IMG/VR virus record: IMGVR_UViG_3300013233_000093
Span: 124,001-188,000 of that record
Strand: one strand, 5' to 3'
Length of the DNA stretch: 64,000 bases
Shown: positions 19,083-28,542 of the stretch, piece by piece
Numbering within the stretch: position 1 is the stretch's first letter
Layout of the letters: the number at the start of each line of letters is the position of its first letter
Position numbers and translations under genes: made by a program
Notes under the pieces: model-generated
What the model was told of the DNA's origin: nothing
Database searches by the model: none
What the model saw: the letters and a program-made list of their open reading frames with translations, nothing else

Positions 19083-19449
19083 GAAAGATGAACAAGCGTT
19101 TAACCAGCCTACCGCCGACGAGCTCGCGTTATATAGTACGAGCGCGTTACTTGAACAGACACTAACATCGCGTTGTGCTGTAAAGGACGAGGACTATGTG
19201 AATAATTGGTTACGTGAAAACGATTCCGCAGCTCGTGACCATTTACAACGTACGCAGGCGTACAACCTTAATGGCATTTCAGGTAGTACCGGGCCTGGGC
19301 GCGGAATGACCCAACCAAGTATCGGCTGTCTGGAGGAATGGTTATGCCACTCAAGTCAGAAGGCTACTGCGCGGGGAATGACCCCTGGGGTCGTACAATG
19401 CGACGAGACGGCTTACGTATCGCGTTTACCGGAGGGTGATGATGACTAA
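19072..19449 (+). CDS. Hypothetical protein carrying a captured 47-nt insert
   Basis: 125 aa; GGAG RBS; overlaps both neighbours. Confidence 0.6.
   Translation: MTDKKDEQAFNQPTADELALYSTSALLEQTLTSRCAVKDEDYVNNWLRENDSAARDHLQRTQAYNLNGISGSTGPGRGMTQPSIGCLEEWLCHSSQKATARGMTPGVVQCDETAYVSRLPEGDDD
19325..19371 (+). repeat. Second copy of the 47-nt segment
   Basis: Flanked by gcgcggaatgaccc (19299-19312) and gcgcggggaatgaccc (19369-19384). Confidence 0.95.
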
Positions 19450-19735
19450 CCCACTTAAGAAGTTTTTAGATGAGCAGATACAGGGTAAACGTATGAAGTC
19501 TCTTCGTAAGGGTATTGTACACGACGCAACGAAGAAGGCGGCTGAAGACGAGATGTTACCACCAGCGGCCTTTTTGAGTTTGCACGGAGGACCATCAGAC
19601 CATCCCAATGATGTCGCGTCACAACGCAGTACTCCAAATAACCACGACACCACGCCCACCACACACGATGACAGTGATTCCTCCGACTCAGACTCGGGAG
19701 GGTGTGTTCGTGACAGCGGCGGAGGAGGGGATTAA
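19436..19735 (+). CDS. Small protein with Ser/Asp/Gly-rich tail
   Basis: GGAGG RBS; tail DSDSSDSDSGGCVRDSGGGGD. Confidence 0.65.
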   Translation: MMMTNPLKKFLDEQIQGKRMKSLRKGIVHDATKKAAEDEMLPPAAFLSLHGGPSDHPNDVASQRSTPNNHDTTPTTHDDSDSSDSDSGGCVRDSGGGGD

Positions 19736-19830
19736 AAGAACGTTGTGGCATGACCGGCTTGATTGGACATACCACAGGTACACCAAACCGGGATTATACA
19801 ATCCCGATACTAAACCGGAGGTAAATATAA

Positions 19831-20496
19831 ATGTTGAAAAGATTAAGATCCAGACTGTGGGCGATTTATCACGGTTCAGAAGAAGTACCTGAGAAGAAGT
19901 CACCTTGGGAATCGCTTGCACCTAACACCAATGTTACTGAATGGGTGTCTAACGGCGGAGACCCGCTTATACCGGGACAGGGTGTGGCTAACTTAGACCA
20001 TCGTGTTATGGTGTCAGAACAGTTTAAAGACGACGATGCGGGTAATCAGATACCAGGAGATATCGGCGTTAGCGTGTTCTTTAGAAGTAAGGCAAAGACA
20101 CCCACAACGTATAAAACGGTTCCGATGTGCATGGCGTTAAAGGACGACTCGTTGATTACGGTTTCTGAGGATCATGTCGCAACACGGTATAACTTACACT
20201 GTGGATGTGTGGAGCATCATAGACTGGGCTTTACGGGCGACGACGTTGTTCGTTACTTCTGGGTTAGCGAGTTATCCGCGGTAGTGGTGGTCGGCACAGG
20301 CGCATCCCGGACAAGGGCATACGGCATCACGATGAACGGCGTGGCCACGATCGCCATTGCAGATCATTACGGGGCGGTATCCGTACACAGTCCAGGTGAC
20401 GGCACAGTACTCGTAAAGATAGGAGACCTGTCTTATCCATTGGACGTCACAAAGTACCATACGAAGCATTACGCTAAAGGAACCGGTTACGCGTAA
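19831..20496 (+). CDS. Hypothetical protein
   Basis: 221 aa; GGAGG RBS; amphipathic N-terminus. Confidence 0.75.
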   Translation: MLKRLRSRLWAIYHGSEEVPEKKSPWESLAPNTNVTEWVSNGGDPLIPGQGVANLDHRVMVSEQFKDDDAGNQIPGDIGVSVFFRSKAKTPTTYKTVPMCMALKDDSLITVSEDHVATRYNLHCGCVEHHRLGFTGDDVVRYFWVSELSAVVVVGTGASRTRAYGITMNGVATIAIADHYGAVSVHSPGDGTVLVKIGDLSYPLDVTKYHTKHYAKGTGYA

Positions 20497-20532
20497 TTCA
20501 TGTAACAAACAACCAACCAGAAGGTATAAACC

Positions 20533-21792
20533 ATGAAGAACAAAAACACACTTACACCCATTGCCACGCATGCATACAAAGACGATTCGCTTGTAATCAG
20601 TCTTCAGTATCCAGACACAGGCATTGAGACAGTCCGTGGTACAATCGATGTACCAGCTATGCTAGAAGGTATGGAGGGCACCCCTGATATACAAGTGACC
20701 ACCCACGGCACCTTTGTGCTTTTGATCGTGGAGAACAAAGTCAAGGTATTCGACGCCATGTCCGCACAGGACGTGTTCAGTGCTGAACTGACCAAACCAG
20801 TAAGTGGATCGGTCATCATGTCCACTGCGTTGTATCTCTTGACTGAGACGGACAGTTGCAAATGGCTGATGGCAGTTGACTTAGGTACCGGCAAGTTTAA
20901 TAATTACACAGTGTCTCCTAAGGCATACGATGAGATTTTAAACAAGTGGATGAAGACCACTCCAGACGGCAAGGCACGACTGCTTTCTCGGTATCCTTCA
21001 GCACCCACTACTATGGACTACAACAGCGTACACGTACGACTACCAAATGAAACACAGGCGTCTAACTCATTTGGGGAAATCGAGATCACCCCGACTGGCT
21101 TTGAGTACAAAATGCCCAATAGCGAAGACTGGCAGGTCGTAGCGGTGGATGAGTTGTCGTATGTGGATCGCACTAAGACATGTATTTTCTACACCACTAC
21201 TGCAGGTGCTGTGTATTGCATTGATCTAGACGCGACTGAGTTGTCACGCCTTACTGACTTACAGGTCGATTTAAAGCACGGTCTTGCAGGCATTGCTTCG
21301 ACCGCAGGCAGTGACGACGTCTTAATGGTGACCAGCAGCAGCGGTCGTTATCTACGTGTCTACGCGAAGGGCGTAGTAGCGGAGGACTATCCAGTAACCT
21401 ATCCGATTGTAAATGCCGCAGTTATTAACTCGACCACAGCACTCGTTGCTTTGGACAAATCCCGCCCAGGGCAAGAGACATTGCCAAGACTATACCTTTG
21501 CGATCTCGCCACTGGCACAGTGCTTACTAAATCGTCAAGTCCTGTGCGTGTGTTAAACGAGTCTATGGATTACATTGTGAGCGCTGCTCTAGGTGGTGTG
21601 GACGGTAAGACACTGGTCGTAGTCAACACAGAAGGCGAATACATGACACTACTGGAAAAGAAAGCCGCTTCCAGCAGCGAGTATGTCGCAAAGGGCACCA
21701 CCATGCATGCATGGTACCAATGCGATTCAGAAGGCATTCCCACAGAAGATGAGTCTGGGGACACAGAGGGCGACGCAGTAAGCGTCGTATAA
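20533..21792 (+). CDS. Beta-propeller-like protein
   Basis: 419 aa; recurring LMAVDLGTGK / VYCIDLDATE / LYLCDLATGT blade motifs. Confidence 0.75.
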   Translation: MKNKNTLTPIATHAYKDDSLVISLQYPDTGIETVRGTIDVPAMLEGMEGTPDIQVTTHGTFVLLIVENKVKVFDAMSAQDVFSAELTKPVSGSVIMSTALYLLTETDSCKWLMAVDLGTGKFNNYTVSPKAYDEILNKWMKTTPDGKARLLSRYPSAPTTMDYNSVHVRLPNETQASNSFGEIEITPTGFEYKMPNSEDWQVVAVDELSYVDRTKTCIFYTTTAGAVYCIDLDATELSRLTDLQVDLKHGLAGIASTAGSDDVLMVTSSSGRYLRVYAKGVVAEDYPVTYPIVNAAVINSTTALVALDKSRPGQETLPRLYLCDLATGTVLTKSSSPVRVLNESMDYIVSAALGGVDGKTLVVVNTEGEYMTLLEKKAASSSEYVAKGTTMHAWYQCDSEGIPTEDESGDTEGDAVSVV

Positions 21793-21800
21793 CGTAAACA

Positions 21801-21832
21801 AGCACCGTCCATTATGGACGGTGCTATGCTGT
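21801..21832 (+). terminator. Hairpin + TATGCTGT, no U-tract
   Basis: agcaccgtcca-tta-tggacggtgct with TATGCTGT at 21825-21832. Confidence 0.7.
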
Positions 21833-21845
21833 AATAGGAGGAGTC

Positions 21846-22016
21846 ATGTTAAAGTATTTGGCCATACTAAAGAACGACGGGATACCGTTGTTAACGGACA
21901 TCGTGGATGAGTCAGGTTATCGCTTCTATACGAGATCGGGGTTTAGCAGGTTTTGGAGGTATGGGCTTTTAGCGTATTTGATTACCGTATTAACGGTACT
22001 CGTAATTTTGCAGTGA
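21846..22016 (+). CDS. Small protein with C-terminal TM (56 aa, not in ORF track)
   Basis: AGGAGGAG RBS; MLKYLAILKNDG...YGLLAYLITVLTVLVILQ. Confidence 0.7.
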   Translation: MLKYLAILKNDGIPLLTDIVDESGYRFYTRSGFSRFWRYGLLAYLITVLTVLVILQ

Positions 22017-22025
22017 AATAGTAAG

Positions 22026-22214
22026 GTGGGTAGTATGAAATGTGGACTAATGATTTACACGCACAGCGGACTGTGGTCTAGGCCTGTAATGCGGATGTGT
22101 AACGCGTGTAAACAGTTTAACACGTGTACGATAACAGCACTCGAAGTGCGTAACTACAGAAGGAATCGGTTACATGAAGAATCAAACAATCGCGTCTCTG
22201 GAAAACATGCTTAA
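22026..22214 (+). CDS. Possible small protein (CxxC)
   Basis: 62-aa ORF filling the gap before the ligase; AAGGT RBS. Confidence 0.35.
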   Translation: MGSMKCGLMIYTHSGLWSRPVMRMCNACKQFNTCTITALEVRNYRRNRLHEESNNRVSGKHA

Positions 22215-24153
22215 GCAGTTAACGCGCGAGTACACAGAGAACGGCAAGACAGATTTATCCGACGCGGCATTCGACGTGTTGCGTTCTAAGCTGGTGGCAT
22301 TGTACGACGGCAAGGTACCTGCTAAATCCGTGCTAAACGCAGTAGGTGCACCGCCTGCGTTGGGTGTGACTAAAACAGTCACTCGTAAGATTCCCATGGA
22401 GTCGTTAGCGAATGCGTTCTCAGACGAAGACATTCAAACGTTTTGTGATAAGGTACAGCAAGCGTACATAGAAGTACACGGCAAGAACGCTCGTCCAAAG
22501 TACCTTGTGGAGCCTAAGTGGGACGGACTGGCTTGTGAGTTAACATACGAGCCTGGGAAAGAAGTGCGTGCGTCTACACGAGGAGACGGCACGATAGGTG
22601 AGGATATCTCTATCACAGTCGGTAAAATGACTGATTCGATACCCCGTACAATCAAGTTCGATAAGACTTTGACTATTCGAGGCGAGATTGTCATGACCCG
22701 TGCTGACATGGATAAATGGAACAACGACCAGACTTGGGCGCGTAATAAACCATTGGTGTCTCCAAGGTCTGCGGCATCCGGGTCTGTCAAAAAGATGAAC
22801 GATCCGATGTCTAACGAGATAAGACCCTTGAAGTTCATGCCATACGCTTATGTTATCGATGGGTTAGTGCATACCACAGACGTATCCATCACGGATGCGT
22901 TTCCAGCCACTAAAGCACTTACTGCCTTCGGTGGCCACGAGTCCGTAGTGACTGCGTGTCTTACAACACTGTCGTACGCCGGTACTACCGACGATGTGCC
23001 CGATACTGACGGTGTAGTGATAAAGGTAAAGTGTCCTAAGGTACGAGCCTACATGGGGTCTACGTCGCATCACCCCAGATGGGCGATTGCACGTAAATGG
23101 GCACCTGCTAAATCCATTACTCCGTTATTAAGCGTTAGATGGAGCGTAGGTCAGTCTGGCGATATTACACCGGTGGCAGTCCTAGCACCTGTGCAGGTAG
23201 GTGACGTGATGGTGTCGTCCGCACAGTTGTTTAACATGGCACACATCAAGGCGCTTGACTTGATGATCGGCCAAGACGTATACATCCACAGAGCCGGAGA
23301 AGTCGTGCCTGAATTAATCGGCCCTGTCCCTGACACGATTCATAACGATTGTCGTGAGATCAAAGCTCCGATTCGCTGTCCCAGCTGTGGCAGTAAGGTG
23401 GTGGTGGAACCTAAGTCTAGCGTGGTCTCGTGTCCGTATACAGAAGGTTGTCCAGAACAGGTCATTGGTAGATTGTATCGTGCGTTCGGCAAGCATGGCT
23501 TGGATGTAAAAGGCCTCGGAGTCAAAACCTTGCAGCGCTTCTATTTAGAATGTGAGGTTATGCATCCAATAGACTTGCTGGAGTTAGATACGGATGAGTT
23601 GATAAAGGGGTTTGGATCGGCATTGGAGGCGACTAAGTACGTCACCTACTTGATCGCACATGAAGTGCCGTACAACAAGTTTATCTTCGCGTTAGCTATT
23701 CCAGGCGTGGGCAAAAGTTTGTCACTTACTTTGGCAAAACGGTTTAAGACCATCGCCGGTTTATTCACAGCCACTGTAGAAGAGTTAGCGGATCTGCCTG
23801 ACGTAAGTAAGGAATCCGCCGTGAGAATATCGGAGTTTCTACAGGACGAAGATAATTGCGTAACTGCAAATGCAATAACAGACCACGTTCGACTTTCGTA
23901 TACCACGTATCGGGATAACGCATTTTCTCATAAACGGGTGTGTGTAACAGGGTCGTTCTCAGGAGCGTCTAGATCCGAGGTGACTACTGCACTGGAAAAC
24001 TCCAACGCTAAGGTTATGTCTTCTTTAAGCAAACGTGCCGACTACCTTATCATGGGTTCGTCTGGAGTGGGCAAGAAGAAAACCAAAGCGGCTTTGGATT
24101 ATGGCATAGAACTTATCACAGAAGACGAGGTCTATAAGATTTTAGATCTTTAA
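22174..24153 (+). CDS. ligA: NAD-dependent DNA ligase
   Basis: EPKWDG (KxDG), TRGDG, RGE, DGVVIK, PRWAIARK, OB fold, CPSC..C..C zinc finger, HhH repeats, BRCT domain. Confidence 0.97.
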   Translation: MKNQTIASLENMLKQLTREYTENGKTDLSDAAFDVLRSKLVALYDGKVPAKSVLNAVGAPPALGVTKTVTRKIPMESLANAFSDEDIQTFCDKVQQAYIEVHGKNARPKYLVEPKWDGLACELTYEPGKEVRASTRGDGTIGEDISITVGKMTDSIPRTIKFDKTLTIRGEIVMTRADMDKWNNDQTWARNKPLVSPRSAASGSVKKMNDPMSNEIRPLKFMPYAYVIDGLVHTTDVSITDAFPATKALTAFGGHESVVTACLTTLSYAGTTDDVPDTDGVVIKVKCPKVRAYMGSTSHHPRWAIARKWAPAKSITPLLSVRWSVGQSGDITPVAVLAPVQVGDVMVSSAQLFNMAHIKALDLMIGQDVYIHRAGEVVPELIGPVPDTIHNDCREIKAPIRCPSCGSKVVVEPKSSVVSCPYTEGCPEQVIGRLYRAFGKHGLDVKGLGVKTLQRFYLECEVMHPIDLLELDTDELIKGFGSALEATKYVTYLIAHEVPYNKFIFALAIPGVGKSLSLTLAKRFKTIAGLFTATVEELADLPDVSKESAVRISEFLQDEDNCVTANAITDHVRLSYTTYRDNAFSHKRVCVTGSFSGASRSEVTTALENSNAKVMSSLSKRADYLIMGSSGVGKKKTKAALDYGIELITEDEVYKILDL

Positions 24154-24199
24154 CAACCCCAGGTGTCCATACGGACACCTAACACAGAGGTATTTAGAA

Positions 24200-25246
24200 A
24201 TGTTTAAATGGTTACGTAAGTTTTTCACCTTCCCAGAAGACGCAGTGAACACCTACATACCGGAGGAACGGGTGGCGTTCCGTCAATACACGTACGACCA
24301 AAGCGATAGTGCCGAGGAAAACAAATACCGATTGCCTATCGGAGGGTATTCAACACACGAAGACAGGTTTATATGCAATTTAGGCGGCACGGTCTATATA
24401 GGGGACAGGCACGAGCTCCGTAATTCGTTAAGCGTGTCAGGTGATTTAGCCAACATAGATGTGTCTAAACTAACACGGATTACAAGCAACCAAGTCCTCA
24501 TCGCACATGTACACAGTTACTCAGACTACAGCTCCGTAGTGGTGTGTAAGAACGGGGATGTATTGCATCATTCGTTTTATAGACCTACACGCGTTGGTTT
24601 TGAAGGTACAAATGACGATCGTGTAAACACCAAGGTGGGATGGGTTAAAGACGGCTTGCTTCTGGATGCAACGGCGAATGAGTTTGACACTGGAGTGTAC
24701 CTTCTTAGAGGAGGAACGCACTGGTGTGGCGTGGTGATGGTAATACCGGAGGGACACAGCGCTACACGCTTGCATGGTGCGATAACAGACCCCGACGAAA
24801 TAGCCACGGCACGAATAGAAACAAACATGCCTAGAACGTGCGAGGTCATTACCCGTAATTACCACGCATTGCTCAGTTTTAAGTCTAATGCGTGTTGTAT
24901 CGTAAAACGCACGGGCAATCGTGATAAAATGTCGTGGACGTCACACGATGTTGCTGCATTGCATAACCGTGGCGAGTTGTTGCCTGATAATTATAAAGTG
25001 TTACTGCTTGAAGAACTTCGCGCTGGGTTTAATGACATGGTTGATGCAGGTACGCGCTCTGGCAATAAGTCGGACTACGCATTCGTAATATCACCAACCA
25101 TGGACAACTGCACTATCTACGGCGTCCAACATCGCACTGAATCACATGTAAGTCATGATTCATCCCATAGTAGCGATCACGGATCGTCGCACTGTTCCCC
25201 GGACACGAGTTCAAGTTACGACGGGTCATCCGGTGGTTGCGATTAG
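24200..25246 (+). CDS. Hypothetical protein with amphipathic N-terminus and Ser/His/Asp tail
   Basis: 348 aa; starts MFKWLRKFF; ends SSSYDGSSGGCD. Confidence 0.8.
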   Translation: MFKWLRKFFTFPEDAVNTYIPEERVAFRQYTYDQSDSAEENKYRLPIGGYSTHEDRFICNLGGTVYIGDRHELRNSLSVSGDLANIDVSKLTRITSNQVLIAHVHSYSDYSSVVVCKNGDVLHHSFYRPTRVGFEGTNDDRVNTKVGWVKDGLLLDATANEFDTGVYLLRGGTHWCGVVMVIPEGHSATRLHGAITDPDEIATARIETNMPRTCEVITRNYHALLSFKSNACCIVKRTGNRDKMSWTSHDVAALHNRGELLPDNYKVLLLEELRAGFNDMVDAGTRSGNKSDYAFVISPTMDNCTIYGVQHRTESHVSHDSSHSSDHGSSHCSPDTSSSYDGSSGGCD

Positions 25247-25380
25247 CCCGCATAAAGCCTTTGTTAAACCCCCACTTCCTAAACCGGTAGTAGTTAGGAC
25301 TGTGAGGATAACAAAGGTTAGGATACAAAGAGTTTATTCACAGTACGGCGCATTACGCGCAAACAACAAGAGGATTCAAC

Positions 25381-25977
25381 ATGAGCATTAAAAGTTATAA
25401 CTTCTGGATGGGCGAGGTTTACTGTGGCGCGGTTACACACTTACGTCATTACGACGGTGACACTGCACCCGTGTACGAGCTGTTACAATACACCAACGGT
25501 GTAGTGGCTATGCCCTTTAACCCCAATAACAAGGCACGACCTAAGCAGAACGCACGGTTTAAGTTGTTTCATGACACACTTGCCAGTGCGATCACAGCAG
25601 GTGACTGGGAGGATGTCGATGAATTACACGACCAGCTGAAAAACATCGCAGCGGATAACCCCTCACACATTACCGAGTACCTCGGATACAATCCATACAT
25701 GGCACTGTTCGAGGACGACGCGGACGGTAACATGGCCTTTAACTTATGTGAGGCGGTTCGTGTCATGACGTGTCACGATTGGGGCTGTGACAAACAGAGC
25801 ATGTTAGATGAGTTACAACAGTTCATTTACACCGGTGTCTCTGATCGTGCATGGACAGATATGGTGATTGATCACATTGATGTTAATCCACCAACCGTAC
25901 ACATTGTACCGACTAATGCAATCGAGTCCATTGTGGCGGAATTGCAGAACGAAGGCTATACCGTCCAAGAGGCATAA
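25381..25977 (+). CDS. Hypothetical protein
   Basis: 198 aa; GAGGA RBS. Confidence 0.8.
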   Translation: MSIKSYNFWMGEVYCGAVTHLRHYDGDTAPVYELLQYTNGVVAMPFNPNNKARPKQNARFKLFHDTLASAITAGDWEDVDELHDQLKNIAADNPSHITEYLGYNPYMALFEDDADGNMAFNLCEAVRVMTCHDWGCDKQSMLDELQQFIYTGVSDRAWTDMVIDHIDVNPPTVHIVPTNAIESIVAELQNEGYTVQEA

Positions 25978-25984
25978 CTCAACT

Positions 25985-26015
25985 ACAGGGTGTCGTTACA
26001 CCCTGTTTTTTTTTT
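25985..26015 (+). terminator. Canonical intrinsic terminator
   Basis: acagggtgt-cgtt-acaccctgt followed by a T-run. Confidence 0.85.
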
Positions 26016-26026
26016 AAGGATTTAGA

Positions 26027-26551
26027 ATGGATAAGTTTGAAGTATCGCGTAAAAAGTTAATAGAGATAAGTAGGTTATGTGTGCGTGTGGCACCGGTACT
26101 GGTTACCGACCATGTAACGGTAGACCAACATGTGATCGCGGCCATACACAAACACACTGGCAGATACAAAACCCCTGAAGATAACGCTAAGGCGGTTACC
26201 ACGGCAGTGTTCGCGTCCGTACTTATCGCACTGGGCTCGCATAGCAAGGAAGACTCAGACGCGTTCATACAGTGTTTACAAGACGTAGGCGGACTGCATG
26301 GCATCTACCTACCAATGGATGCCCGTGACGTACAGTTACTTGGCAGCGGCAGCTGTGCCATGGCCATTCAACTGGTTACATACTTGTATTTCCAAACACA
26401 AGCACATCGAAACTTCATACTGAGTATTGTATTGAGATCGCTCTGCGCTAGATCCGCTACTCTGGGCAAGTGCACTGGAGATACGGCATTGGAATACCTA
26501 AGAAACGATAAGGCGATGTTAGATGAATATTTTCGAAAGATGGATACGTAA
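26027..26551 (+). CDS. Hypothetical helical protein
   Basis: 174 aa; AAGGA RBS. Confidence 0.75.
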   Translation: MDKFEVSRKKLIEISRLCVRVAPVLVTDHVTVDQHVIAAIHKHTGRYKTPEDNAKAVTTAVFASVLIALGSHSKEDSDAFIQCLQDVGGLHGIYLPMDARDVQLLGSGSCAMAIQLVTYLYFQTQAHRNFILSIVLRSLCARSATLGKCTGDTALEYLRNDKAMLDEYFRKMDT

Positions 26552-26681
26552 CTGGATCAATCAGCGGCCGATCACACTCCCCAGTAACAAACCTGTGGCG
26601 GAGCTATCCAGCGATGAACTCAGTCTACGGACTAAACAAAACCTTACCAGCTTAAAGAGAGAATTAGAAGATGGCAAATAG
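26523..26681 (+). CDS. Small protein (52 aa, not in ORF track)
   Basis: MNIFERWIRNWINQ...KRELEDGK fills the apparent gap and overlaps both neighbours. Confidence 0.55.
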   Translation: MNIFERWIRNWINQRPITLPSNKPVAELSSDELSLRTKQNLTSLKRELEDGK

Positions 26682-27345
26682 CACACTTACATTAACAGAA
26701 GAAACGGTAAGTATCTTCTTAGACATGTTACGCAAGCAAGAAGCAATGAACGATGATGTAATGGCAAGACGCGCTATGTCAGAAACACTTTCTACTAGGC
26801 TGGTGGTTTGGTCGGATGCCATTCTAACCGAAGCAGTGGAGTGCATGGGCTATCTTGGATGGGAGTGGTGGAAACTCACTGAGGAAAATACATACCAAGC
26901 TATGCTAGAGGCGGTGGACATTCTGCATTTTGTATTAGCGGATATGATTACATCACACGGAGTAGACAAAGCATCGGTTTATCTGTCAGCAGCATACCTG
27001 GACATGGAAGACCTCGATTGCGTGGTGATAGATCCGATGTGCGTCATTAACCAAATTGTTATAGAAGCCGTATGTGGTAATCCAGATGTTGAAATCATTG
27101 TACCTCTGATGGAACTCTTTCATTACTTTGATATGGATCTACAGGATGTCCATAGATGGTACGTGGCTAAACATACGCTGAACAACTTTAGACAAGCTAC
27201 TGGTTACAGTAAGGGCGCGTATACGAAGATTTGGAATGGTGTGGAAGACAACGTGTATCTCGCACGGTACATGACTGAGAACGATACAAGTCCTTTGGAC
27301 ACGGCAAAACTTACCGAATGGCTTTCCTTTAACTACCCAGGGTAG
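26671..27345 (+). CDS. dut: Dimeric (all-alpha) dUTPase
   Basis: E..E...GWEWWK, LEAVDILHF and K.TLNNFRQ..GY..G.Y.K.W.G.EDN motifs of the dUTPase_2 family. Confidence 0.9.
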   Translation: MANSTLTLTEETVSIFLDMLRKQEAMNDDVMARRAMSETLSTRLVVWSDAILTEAVECMGYLGWEWWKLTEENTYQAMLEAVDILHFVLADMITSHGVDKASVYLSAAYLDMEDLDCVVIDPMCVINQIVIEAVCGNPDVEIIVPLMELFHYFDMDLQDVHRWYVAKHTLNNFRQATGYSKGAYTKIWNGVEDNVYLARYMTENDTSPLDTAKLTEWLSFNYPG

Positions 27346-27354
27346 ACTACGATT

Positions 27355-27972
27355 ATGTTTAAGAAATTGATGGACAAGTACAACCTAAAACAACGCTTGC
27401 CGTTTTTCAGTGTGTATGTAAATAAGCAATATGGCAATAGCTACATTAGTAACGATGTACTATTCCAACGGCCAGGGCTGCCGCAGCAGCTAATAGATAA
27501 GACGACGTTAGATGAAGCGAGTGAATCGTTACCGCTGTACTATCATCCGGTGATCTGCTTTAAGTATACGGGGCACAAGAACGCAGTGTTTGCAGAACTT
27601 GTAATCCGTGCTAAATCTTTAACGTTACTTGCAAAAACCGTCTGCGTTACACAAGGTGTGCCGAACAAACCTGTGGTAGACGGGCACACGTCCGTCTTAT
27701 ATCAAACGCCCATTCAGGACTTTCACAAGTTATACAAAGTGGACACGGATATTAACGCGTACGTCATTGAGCTAGTCGACGGCACAGGGTACTGCATAAC
27801 GTTCGAACGGGACGGTCAATGCTTGGAGCTTGTTTTAGAACGAGACGATGATTACAAGGCGTATATCCCTGGGGCTGAATTGCTGTTCACCAATATACTA
27901 GGCGACGCCGTTGCGGTGTCCATTTCCAATACACAAGTCATGGTTGCAGACGCAGCACTGTCACACTGGTAG
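27355..27972 (+). CDS. Hypothetical protein
   Basis: 205-aa ORF within the operon. Confidence 0.75.
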   Translation: MFKKLMDKYNLKQRLPFFSVYVNKQYGNSYISNDVLFQRPGLPQQLIDKTTLDEASESLPLYYHPVICFKYTGHKNAVFAELVIRAKSLTLLAKTVCVTQGVPNKPVVDGHTSVLYQTPIQDFHKLYKVDTDINAYVIELVDGTGYCITFERDGQCLELVLERDDDYKAYIPGAELLFTNILGDAVAVSISNTQVMVADAALSHW

Positions 27973-28153
27973 TAATCAAGAGGATAACAAGGTGGATGTT
28001 AAACAGTTAACAGACATCCAAGAAGGCGGGTGGTCAAATATAGAAGATGTTGACCTGGACTTACACGCGGTGTGCGCCACAGCCGAAATCAAATGACCAT
28101 TATCAAGCAATAGCTAACCCACCCTGCATTAACCGCACTAAGGAACCCGTAAA

Positions 28154-28540
28154 ATGAAGGTTAAGGACTTAAGGAAGCTCTTATATGAACTAGCGGAGAT
28201 CTATCGATGTTCTCCGGTGGGATTACCTAACTTCGGAGGTAATGGGATTTTTGGATACCCGACTGGAAGTGCACTTCCATATAACAGCCGTGGCAGGGCA
28301 CTCTATAGCAACCACACATATGCAGACACACCAAGTAACGATAATGAGGTGTACATACGGGCTAGGTGTGGATCATTACCAATGCCAGTTAGCTTACTTT
28401 TTTTAGCAGACCAGTTATTTTATAACGAAGACGAGGCACGAGTCATGGTCCACAATTCTCAAACTGGCACTTTATCGAGAGTGACGGGCGCACGTTGGAA
28501 TAAGCAGTATAACTGTATCGAGTTAATAACTAGGAGATAA
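28154..28540 (+). CDS. Hypothetical protein
   Basis: 128 aa; AAGGA RBS; MKVKDL start. Confidence 0.75.
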   Translation: MKVKDLRKLLYELAEIYRCSPVGLPNFGGNGIFGYPTGSALPYNSRGRALYSNHTYADTPSNDNEVYIRARCGSLPMPVSLLFLADQLFYNEDEARVMVHNSQTGTLSRVTGARWNKQYNCIELITRR

Positions 28541-28542
28541 AA

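Noticed and set aside
26552-26670. SAM-I riboswitch or K-turn RNA (ggcggag...gatgaa)
   Set aside because: Lacks GCAACC and the other SAM-I core elements, and the gap is explained by a 52-aa ORF at 26523-26681
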